Below are positions 45,839 through 53,057 of a stretch of DNA of 53,057 bases, piece after piece. Below the pieces are notes generated by a model that saw nothing but the letters and a program-made list of their open reading frames with translations, was not told the DNA's origin and made no database searches. Every line of letters starts with the position of its first letter. The first letter of the stretch is position 1. The stretch is from Chthonomonas calidirosea (GTDB taxonomy: Bacteria > Armatimonadota > Fimbriimonadia > Fimbriimonadales > Fimbriimonadaceae): contig CAMAPH010000018.1 in NCBI GenBank assembly GCA_945859975.1, positions 1 to 53,057 on the forward strand. The letters run 5' to 3'. Made by a program: the position numbers and the translations under genes.

Positions 45839-46572
45839 AGCACTCCTTTGGCCGCGATCGCGGCGACAAGCTCATCCACGGAATTGACGCGAATTCCGGC
45901 TCCTCGGGCGGGTGGGTTAGCGTAGGATCGGGTCTTGACCTTAACGGTCAGAGCGGTCTTGGGCGTTGCTCGCTCAAGCGGCTTCGAGCGGGCCTTGATG
46001 ATGCCGGGAAGCGCGATGTAGCGGGGCTCGTTGAGGCGCAGATCCACGGTGATGACCGCTGGTTGGGCGACCTCGACGACTTCCTCGCCGAGATCAGTTT
46101 CTCGAGTTACTTGGAATCCGGAAGCGAGCTTTTCAATTTTGCTCGCGAACGTGGCTTGTGGCCATTCGAGTTTTGCGGCGAGGCGTTGGCCGGTCTGGTT
46201 CTCGTCGTTCTCGGTGCCTTGCTTACCCATCAAGATCAGGTCGGGCTGAAGTTCTTTTGCCCAAGCGGCGAGTTCGGTCGATACGGCGCTCGGGTCAAGG
46301 GCAGAGGTCGTCTCGACCAGGATTGCCTTATCCGCGCCAATGGCAAGCGACTTGCGAAGCTGTTCTTCGCACTCAGAACCGCCGATGGTGATGGCGATGA
46401 GCTCGCTGGCCTCGCCGCGCTCTTTCATTCGCACGGCTTCTTCGAGGGCGATTTCGTCAAAAGGATTGATCTCAAATTTGAGTCCGGCAGTATCGAGCCC
46501 TTCGCCGGAAGGCAGAGCGCGGACTTTTGCGTAGGGATCAACCACGCGCTTGATTGGGATTAGGATTCGCAT
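45835..46572 (-). CDS. etfB: Electron transfer flavoprotein beta subunit
   Basis: IKRVVD, INPFDEIALEEA, GKQ, NEPRY. Confidence 0.95.
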   Translation of the reverse strand: MRILIPIKRVVDPYAKVRALPSGEGLDTAGLKFEINPFDEIALEEAVRMKERGEASELIAITIGGSECEEQLRKSLAIGADKAILVETTSALDPSAVSTELAAWAKELQPDLILMGKQGTENDENQTGQRLAAKLEWPQATFASKIEKLASGFQVTRETDLGEEVVEVAQPAVITVDLRLNEPRYIALPGIIKARSKPLERATPKTALTVKVKTRSYANPPARGAGIRVNSVDELVAAIAAKGVL

Positions 46573-46661
46573 AGCACTTCGTCGTGGTGACTAAATATGA
46601 TTAAGATCGTACCTGTCATGCCGTACAATGACGGCTCGGCAGCGCCGCCGCGAGCGAAGTC

Positions 46662-49214
46662 ATGAAGTATCCAAAATTCACTCGTTCCTTTGAGGTGGTG
46701 GCGGACTTGCCATCATCGTTAGCCCAGCTGAAGCAGATTGCGTCCAACTTTAGGTGGACCTGGGATCACGGAACCCGCGATTTGTTCAGAACGATCGATA
46801 AAGCGAGATGGGATGGCTCGGAACACAATCCGATTTCATTTATCAACTCGTTGCCGGCTGAACGCGTACATTCGCTCGCAAACGACACCGCGTTCCTTGA
46901 GCGACTCAACGAGTGCGCAGAGAATCTGAACTCTTACATGACCCAGGAGACCTGGTTCGACCAGAACTATCCGGGTTTGCGCGAGAAGAATCAGGTTGCG
47001 TACTTCTGCTTCGAGTTCGGACTCACTGAAGGCTTGCCAATCTATTCGGGCGGCCTCGGCGTTCTTGCGGGCGATCACCTGAAGGCGGCGAGTGACCTTG
47101 GCCTTCCTCTGGTTGGAGTTGGACTACTTTACAACCGCGGCTACTTCCGACAACGGCTGACCTTGGATGGATGGCAACAAGAGGTCTATCCCGAATACGA
47201 CTTTTATCAAATGCCGCTGACCTTGATGCGGCACGAAAACGGCGACCCGATGCGAGTTGAGGTTGAGTTCCCGGACCGGATTGTGACCTGCCAGATCTGG
47301 CGGGCAGATGTTGGCCGCGTTCCGCTCTACTTGATGGACTCGAACGTGCTGGAAAATGCACCGGCCGACCAAGGGATTACCGACTCGCTTTACTCGGGCG
47401 ACGAAGAAATGCGGATTCGCCAAGAGATGATTCTTGGCATTGGCGGAATGCGAGCGCTCCAGGCGCTTGGCATCCACCCAACGGTCTGCCACATGAACGA
47501 GGGTCACGCGGCTTTCTTGAGCGTCGAGCGGATTCGACAGTTCATGGAGCAGCACAACACGGACTTCCGACTTGCTCGGCATGCGATCGTTGGCAGCAAC
47601 GTCTTCACCACCCACACGCCTGTTCCTGCGGGCTTTGACCTGTTCCGCCCCGAGCTTCTGGAGCGCTATATGGGCGCAACGGTCGCGAGCACGAATCTAT
47701 CGTTCTCTGAGTTTGTACGGCTGGGAAGAATCGACCCTGAGAATCAGGGTGAGGCGTTCAACATGGCGGTTCTCGCGATGGAAACCGCGAACCACGTGAA
47801 CGCCGTTTCTCAGCTCCACGCACAGGTGACGCGCACGATGTTCAGCGCGCGATGGCCGGACTATCCGGACGACGAAGTGCCGGTCTCGGGGATCACTAAC
47901 GGCATCCATACGATGACCTGGGTGAGCCGACGGATGGCGATCATGTTTGATGGCTATCTCGGCACGGATTGGCGCCGCTATCCGCACGTGCCCGAGGCTT
48001 GGGCGGGAGTCGACGAGATTCCGGACGAAGAGCTTTGGTTCGCGATTGAAAGTGGCCGCGTGGACTTGGTTCGGTTTGTTCGAAAGCGGCTCACCCAGCG
48101 GCAGCAAAAGACAGAGTTTGGCGCGGAAGGTTCGGTTCTCGATCCTCGCCTGCTTACCGTTGGCTTTGCAAGACGCTTCGCGACTTACAAGCGGGGAAGT
48201 TTGATGCTGAGCGACCGCGAGCGGATCAAACAGCTCCTCTTCCACCCAGAGCGGCCGGTGCAGTTTGTGATCTCCGGAAAGGCCCACCCACGCGATGATG
48301 GCGGAAAGCACATCATTCAGGACCTCGTTAAGTTCATCAACAGCGAGGGTGGCCGGTCGCGAATGGTCTTCCTAGAGGACTACGACATGAAGGTAGCGCG
48401 TGCCTTGGTTCAAGGCGTGGACGTTTGGCTCAACAACCCGCGACGTCCGTATGAGGCGAGTGGCACGAGCGGCATGAAGGTCGTGCCTAATGGCGGACTC
48501 AACTGCAGCGTGCTCGACGGATGGTGGGACGAAGGGTACGACCCGACCGTTGGCTGGGCGATCGGCGATCGAACTGAATCGGAAGATGCGGGTCACCAGG
48601 ATTGGCTGGATAGTCGGTCGCTGTACTTCTTGCTTGAAAACGAGATCGCGCCGCTGTTTTATCAGCGCTCCGACAATGCGATTCCAGTTGGCTGGGTGCG
48701 GATGGTCAAGAACTCGATCAAGAGCCTTGCGCCGCAGTTCAGCACCGCTCGGATGGTTCGAGATTACGCGGAGAAGTTCTATGTTCCGGCGATGCACGCC
48801 TACTCTCGACGTGCGCAAGAGGGTCTTGAGGTTAGCCAAGCGGCCGTTGCCTGGCGTGACCGGGTTCGGGATAACTGGCGAAGTGTGCGAATCGTTTCAA
48901 TTCAAGATTCGGCGAGTACGACCAACTGCATTGGCTCGGAGTTTCAGATTACGGCGGTTGTCGAGCTGGGATCGATCCGACCGGCCGACGTGCAAGTGCA
49001 AGTCGTTCATGGAAAGGTCGGTCCGAACCGTGATCTGACCCAAACCCGGGTGGAGAACCTATCGTTCATCGAGGAGGCCGATGGTAAATTTGTCTTCCGT
49101 GGAGAAGCGCAGGCTGACATTCTGGGTCACCAGGGCTACACGGTGCGGGTTGTGCCGTTCCATGCCGACATCATGGTGCCGCACGAGCTGCAATTGGTCG
49201 CTTGGCCAAGTTAG
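46662..49214 (+). CDS. glgP: Alpha-glucan (glycogen/maltodextrin) phosphorylase
   Basis: YSGGLGVLAGD, HMNEGH, FARRFATYKR, EASGTSGMK (PLP Lys). Confidence 0.96.
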   Translation: MKYPKFTRSFEVVADLPSSLAQLKQIASNFRWTWDHGTRDLFRTIDKARWDGSEHNPISFINSLPAERVHSLANDTAFLERLNECAENLNSYMTQETWFDQNYPGLREKNQVAYFCFEFGLTEGLPIYSGGLGVLAGDHLKAASDLGLPLVGVGLLYNRGYFRQRLTLDGWQQEVYPEYDFYQMPLTLMRHENGDPMRVEVEFPDRIVTCQIWRADVGRVPLYLMDSNVLENAPADQGITDSLYSGDEEMRIRQEMILGIGGMRALQALGIHPTVCHMNEGHAAFLSVERIRQFMEQHNTDFRLARHAIVGSNVFTTHTPVPAGFDLFRPELLERYMGATVASTNLSFSEFVRLGRIDPENQGEAFNMAVLAMETANHVNAVSQLHAQVTRTMFSARWPDYPDDEVPVSGITNGIHTMTWVSRRMAIMFDGYLGTDWRRYPHVPEAWAGVDEIPDEELWFAIESGRVDLVRFVRKRLTQRQQKTEFGAEGSVLDPRLLTVGFARRFATYKRGSLMLSDRERIKQLLFHPERPVQFVISGKAHPRDDGGKHIIQDLVKFINSEGGRSRMVFLEDYDMKVARALVQGVDVWLNNPRRPYEASGTSGMKVVPNGGLNCSVLDGWWDEGYDPTVGWAIGDRTESEDAGHQDWLDSRSLYFLLENEIAPLFYQRSDNAIPVGWVRMVKNSIKSLAPQFSTARMVRDYAEKFYVPAMHAYSRRAQEGLEVSQAAVAWRDRVRDNWRSVRIVSIQDSASTTNCIGSEFQITAVVELGSIRPADVQVQVVHGKVGPNRDLTQTRVENLSFIEEADGKFVFRGEAQADILGHQGYTVRVVPFHADIMVPHELQLVAWPS

Positions 49215-49221
49215 TTCGTAG

Positions 49222-49854
49222 TTAGGAAACGGAGAGCTGTAGTGGGTTCACGCCCACTACGGCAACTTGCCGCAGGTCTTGGACGTTAGTCAGTGCCAAT
49301 GGGTGTGGCGCGCCAACTCGGATGACTTGCATGCCGGCGGCGTGCCCCGCTCGAACCCCGGCATCGGTGTCTTCGAAAACAAGTGCATGATCCGGGCTGA
49401 CGCCCATTTTCTGGGCCGCGAGAAGAAACGGCTCCGGACTAGGTTTGCCTTGCGAGACGTTCTCGCCGTAGACGGCATGTTCTGGGATCGGGATTCCAAC
49501 GGCGCGGAGCCGGGCTTGGGCAACGTCGGAAGTTCCGCTCGTGACGATCGTCCATGTGCCTTCGGGCAAATAGGCTAGCAGTTCTGCAGAGCCGGGAAGA
49601 AGGCGAACTCCGTCAGTCTCGGAAGATTCGATCTTGCGTAACACGAGGTCCTGTTCTTCGGCATTTAAATGCGGAGCAAGGACGCGGATGGAATCTAGAC
49701 TTCGGCGACCGTGAATATGCGGAAGCACCTCGTCTGGGTTCAGGCCAACTTGGGTGGCCCAAAATGACCATGCCCGCTCTACAGCGGGCAAGGAATCGAT
49801 AAGGGTGCCGTCAAGGTCAAAAAGAATGACAGTTTTTGACGGCACTTGAAGCAT
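49222..49854 (-). CDS. HAD-IA family phosphatase (YfbT-like)
   Basis: FDLDGTLIDS, IVTSG, GKPSPEP, VFED. Confidence 0.92.
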   Translation of the reverse strand: MLQVPSKTVILFDLDGTLIDSLPAVERAWSFWATQVGLNPDEVLPHIHGRRSLDSIRVLAPHLNAEEQDLVLRKIESSETDGVRLLPGSAELLAYLPEGTWTIVTSGTSDVAQARLRAVGIPIPEHAVYGENVSQGKPSPEPFLLAAQKMGVSPDHALVFEDTDAGVRAGHAAGMQVIRVGAPHPLALTNVQDLRQVAVVGVNPLQLSVS

Positions 49855-49860
49855 TGAGTA

Positions 49861-50277
49861 TCAGTAGCGCTTGAAGCCGCCGCGACCTGCGCCGCCGCCG
49901 CTGCTGCCACCACGACCGCCGCCGCCGCCGCTACCGCCGCGACCACCGCCGCCGCCATAGCCGCCACCACCGCCGCCGAAGCTGCGACCACCGCCGCCGC
50001 CACCGCCGCCGAAGTCTCGACCGCCGCCGCCACCGCCGCCTTCACCCTTAGGTCGGGCGAGGTTGACGTTCATGCGTCGGCCACCGGCTTCGGAGCCGTC
50101 CTTGTCTTCGATAGCCTTGTCGGCCATGTCGCCTGCAACGTCAACGAAGCCAAAGCCTCGTCCTTCGACGATGCGAGCCTTGCTTGCGTTGTATGGTGCA
50201 AACAGGTCGAGAAGGTGCTGCTCGGTCAGCGAGTAGGGCAAGTTGCCCACGAATAGGGTTTTAGTCTCCATTTCCAT
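49861..50277 (-). CDS. RRM RNA-binding protein with Gly-rich tail
   Basis: RNP2 LFVGNL, RNP1 RGFGFV; C-terminal GGGG/RGG low-complexity region; AAGGA SD before ATG 50277. Confidence 0.92.
   Translation of the reverse strand: MEMETKTLFVGNLPYSLTEQHLLDLFAPYNASKARIVEGRGFGFVDVAGDMADKAIEDKDGSEAGGRRMNVNLARPKGEGGGGGGGRDFGGGGGGGGRSFGGGGGGYGGGGGRGGSGGGGGRGGSSGGGAGRGGFKRY
49879..50040. repeat. (GCC/ACC)n low-complexity tract encoding poly-Gly
   Basis: Runs of ccgccg/ccacc in the RRM gene tail. Confidence 0.8.
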
Positions 50278-50391
50278 TAATCCTTGATCGGGTCGCCCAC
50301 CAATCAAATTTTCTTGCGAACTCGAACGTGACCTTGCTACCTATGGAATAGAAGACAAAACTCATGAATCGCAATCGCCGGCGACATGCGC

Positions 50392-50420
50392 ACTATACCA
50401 GCTATCGGCGATCTTGCCAA
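50392..50420 (-). promoter_or_regulatory. Sigma-70-like promoter of the RRM gene
   Basis: TTGGCA-N17-TATAGT on the minus strand, giving a ~110-nt 5' UTR. Confidence 0.55.
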
Positions 50421-50422
50421 GG

Positions 50423-50454
50423 AAAATTGCCCCGACCGACCTCGGCCGGGGCAA
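50423..50454 (-). terminator. Terminator-like hairpin after the aldehyde dehydrogenase
   Basis: Minus strand TTGCCCCGGCCGA-GG-TCGGTCGGGGCAA-TTTT. Confidence 0.65.
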
Positions 50455-50462
50455 CGATACGT

Positions 50463-51959
50463 TCAGATGTTGGTCGTAAGACCTTGCGCCATCACGATTT
50501 CTCGGGCGTGATTGACCGTGAATGCAACGCGGTGGGTTACCGACTCGAGGATGCCCTCTGCACCAGGATGTCCGTTACCGGAAGCCTTAACTCCGCCAAA
50601 CGGCAAGTGGACTTCAGCACCGATGCTAGGCAGGTTCACGTAACCAAGGCCGTAGTCCGCATGGTCGCGAACGTAGCGCCACTTTCGGTAGTCCTCGGTG
50701 ATGACGGCCATCGCAAGGCCGTAATCGGTGTCGTTGTAGACCTCAACCGCTTCTTCGAGACCGTCGATCGGAATGATCGCAACGTGCGGGCTGAAGGCTT
50801 CTTCTCGAAGGCAGAAGGTGTTCTTCTTGTAGCCATCGAATCGATATACGAACGGCGAGACGAAGTTCCCGTTGGCGTGCTCGCCTTCGGTCAGGACCTG
50901 ACCGTCCACGAGGACTTGAGCGCCTTCTTCCTTGGCCTTTTCATTGTGGTGCTGCCACTTGTCGATGGCACCGGCTTCAATGAGTGGGCCCATGAAGACG
51001 TCTGGGTTGAGGCCATCACCGACTCGGATTCGCTTTACCTTCTCAACGTATCGCGCGGTGAATTCCGCTTCGATCTTCTTGTCGATGATGATTCGGCTAG
51101 TCGAAACGCAGCGTTGGCCGGAAGTCTTGAAAGCACCGAGAACGCATGCGTTGATCGCGAGTTCCAGATCCGCATCTTCCAAAACGATCGTGGCGTTCTT
51201 GCCGCCCATTTCGGTCGCGGCGAACTTGAAGAGGTCGTTTGCGGCGACCTGCTGGATGTACTTACCAACCGCTCGCGATCCTGTGAAGAGAACGGCGTCG
51301 ACGGCTTTGTGCTTGACCAGCGGGTCGCCGACTGGCTCGCCAAATCCGTGGACGAGGTTGATGACGCCGGCAGGGAAACCAGCTTCGTGGAACAACTCCA
51401 TGAGCTTGTGTCCGCAGATCGGTGTCTGCTCGGCCGGCTTGAAGACAACGGTGTTGCCCGCGAGAACGGCGGGCAGAACCAGCCAGAGCGGAATAGCCGA
51501 AGGGAAGTTCCAAGGGGTGATACAGGCGACGACACCCTTTGGCTTTCGCAGAATGTAGGCGTCCTTGGCGGAGATTTCTGAGCTCACCGCGTAGCCATGT
51601 GGCAGTCGGCCGAGGCCAGCGATGTACTGGGCCATGTGTAGAGCTTCCACCGCGTCGGCGCGGCCTTCATTGATTGGCTTTCCGCACTCTCGGGTGACGA
51701 GAACCGCGATTTCTTCAACGTCGCGCTTGATCAGTTGCGCAAAGTTGTCAATGATTTCGGCTCGCTTGACCCAGCTGAGTTCTCGCCAGGTTTTGAAAGC
51801 GTGTTCGGCGGCGGCTACTGCGTCGTCGACATCTTGTGCCGTGCTGTTGGGGGCAGTACCAATGATTTCGTTTCGATTGGCAGGATTGACGCTTTCAAAT
51901 ACGTCAGTCGCGTTTCGCCATTCGCCGTTGATATAGTTCCGAGCGGTTACCGGATTCAT
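50463..51959 (-). CDS. Aldehyde dehydrogenase family protein
   Basis: ITPWNFP, FKPAEQTP, FTGS, EMGGKN, SGQRC (catalytic Cys), EEAFSP, PFGGVKASG; start at ATG 51959. Confidence 0.95.
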   Translation of the reverse strand: MNPVTARNYINGEWRNATDVFESVNPANRNEIIGTAPNSTAQDVDDAVAAAEHAFKTWRELSWVKRAEIIDNFAQLIKRDVEEIAVLVTRECGKPINEGRADAVEALHMAQYIAGLGRLPHGYAVSSEISAKDAYILRKPKGVVACITPWNFPSAIPLWLVLPAVLAGNTVVFKPAEQTPICGHKLMELFHEAGFPAGVINLVHGFGEPVGDPLVKHKAVDAVLFTGSRAVGKYIQQVAANDLFKFAATEMGGKNATIVLEDADLELAINACVLGAFKTSGQRCVSTSRIIIDKKIEAEFTARYVEKVKRIRVGDGLNPDVFMGPLIEAGAIDKWQHHNEKAKEEGAQVLVDGQVLTEGEHANGNFVSPFVYRFDGYKKNTFCLREEAFSPHVAIIPIDGLEEAVEVYNDTDYGLAMAVITEDYRKWRYVRDHADYGLGYVNLPSIGAEVHLPFGGVKASGNGHPGAEGILESVTHRVAFTVNHAREIVMAQGLTTNI

Positions 51960-51999
51960 GCTGTTTTCAGGGTACCTGCGGGTACCCTGACCGGTGCCC

Positions 52000-53057
52000 A
52001 TGCGAAGCGTTTTCCGGCTTGTGATACTTTTGATAGCCGCCTTTTCCGCCGTCGCAAGCGCCCTAGCGCGCGGGGCAGAAGCCCGTGGCTCGGTCGTTTA
52101 CTTTAACGACGCAGTGATCCTGTCGCTCAAGACTTACTCCGTCGACGGATCTTCTCCCGAAGCCCGAGCCGAAACGATTGCTTCGACGCTGAACAGCCTT
52201 TCGTACTTGGGTGAAGTGAAGATTCGGAAGGTCGAAAAGACCCACGTGATCTTCGCAGGCGGAGAGCGGATTGTGACGATCACGCCGGACGAGGCCAAGG
52301 CGCAGAAATCGACTCCTGCTGCGTTGGCACAGCTTTGGTCGGGTCGGCTGCGGACCGCTTTTGTTTCCCCGCCGCTGAAAGTTGCGGAGACCTCGCTCCG
52401 ACTGCCGTGCCCTTCCAACAAGGTTGTCGCGGTCAAGGGTTTCCAGTTCGCGGACGCCACTATTTCTTCTTCGAAGTCGGAAGTTGTGACGCCGATTCGC
52501 GTTCCCGGTGGCATCAAACTCGCGGCGAATAAGCCTGGTAACGCGATCATCACGATCCAAGGCGAGACGACCACCGAGTCCATTGAGGTTTCGGTTCAGC
52601 CATACGCGGCGATCCTTCCGCAGACCTTTTCCACCCAAGTTTCCGGCTCTCCCGCTCTCGCGTCGACGATTCGAGGAGCCATCGAAGGAGCGATCACCAC
52701 GCAGCTTCAGCGAGTTCCTGGCTCGGTGATTCGCATTCTTTCGCTCTCGGAGCAGTCAATCGGGCTTGGAGCGAGCAAGTCATTCACGGCAAAGATTCGC
52801 GTCGCGGCGCAAGACGCCTTTGAGAACGAAGGGGAAGTCAACATTGTTGTTCGCAACATTGGGGTTGCGCCGATCAAGGAAGCGGCGCTTTGGTACTGCA
52901 ACGATCCGGAGAACGTCAACTCTGCAGGCCCGCTGTTCAGCGCGAATCTGAAAAAGAATGAACCGGCGCGGTTGCTGTATCACCACCAGAACACGGCTTC
53001 GTTCCCATTGTTCATTCGCATTCAAGCGGTCAACGACTCGGATTTGCCGGCGCGAGT
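52000..53057 (+). CDS. Exported hypothetical protein, truncated at the window end (absent from the ORF track)
   Basis: Open frame from ATG 52000: MRSVFRLVILLIAAFSAVASALARGAEARGSVVYFND...WYCNDPENV...RLLYHHQN...; signal peptide; no stop before 53057. Confidence 0.85.
   Translation, partial: MRSVFRLVILLIAAFSAVASALARGAEARGSVVYFNDAVILSLKTYSVDGSSPEARAETIASTLNSLSYLGEVKIRKVEKTHVIFAGGERIVTITPDEAKAQKSTPAALAQLWSGRLRTAFVSPPLKVAETSLRLPCPSNKVVAVKGFQFADATISSSKSEVVTPIRVPGGIKLAANKPGNAIITIQGETTTESIEVSVQPYAAILPQTFSTQVSGSPALASTIRGAIEGAITTQLQRVPGSVIRILSLSEQSIGLGASKSFTAKIRVAAQDAFENEGEVNIVVRNIGVAPIKEAALWYCNDPENVNSAGPLFSANLKKNEPARLLYHHQNTASFPLFIRIQAVNDSDLPAR

Noticed and set aside
49879..50040. GC-rich repetitive tract as a possible CRISPR array or VNTR
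   Set aside because: No repeat-spacer periodicity; it encodes the Gly-rich tail of the RRM protein.
50364..51581. 405-aa plus-strand ORF
   Set aside because: Antisense shadow of the aldehyde dehydrogenase; no recognisable motifs.
52063..52638. Minus-strand ORFs near the right end
   Set aside because: Shadows of the plus-strand exported protein starting at 52000, which the track missed because it has no stop in the window.

Overview
Gene-dense, moderately GC-rich bacterial chromosome segment. Gene content and protein style suggest Armatimonadota (Fimbriimonadaceae-like); this is inference, not a database result. It holds about 54 CDS, mostly housekeeping and envelope genes: ECF sigma/anti-sigma/PAP2, HNH nuclease, murA-mreB, GH127, ccmE-ccmF-panD-pyrE, ltaE, glyQ, rpsD, parAB, mazG, etfAB, glgP, peptidases and ABC/efflux parts. 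There are two tRNAs (Leu-CAG, Met-CAT). I found no integrase, transposase, prophage or CRISPR array. The best candidate for an undescribed system is a tightly coupled six-gene operon at 22140-25015 (minus strand): tatA-tatA-hypothetical-PqqD/RRE-minimal FtsX/MacB permease-ABC ATPase, with no RiPP enzyme or precursor nearby. Other notable signals are a multi-hairpin leader with a terminator and uORF upstream of the HNH gene, a ~160-nt rod-like 6S-like RNA at ~33888-34047, a hairpin leader on a stand-alone rpsD, pervasive leaderless promoter architecture, a Cys-type (CxxxY) CcmE, and a CrtO-like acyltransferase coupled to a UgtP-like glycosyltransferase. All family calls come from motif recognition by eye; no searches were run.
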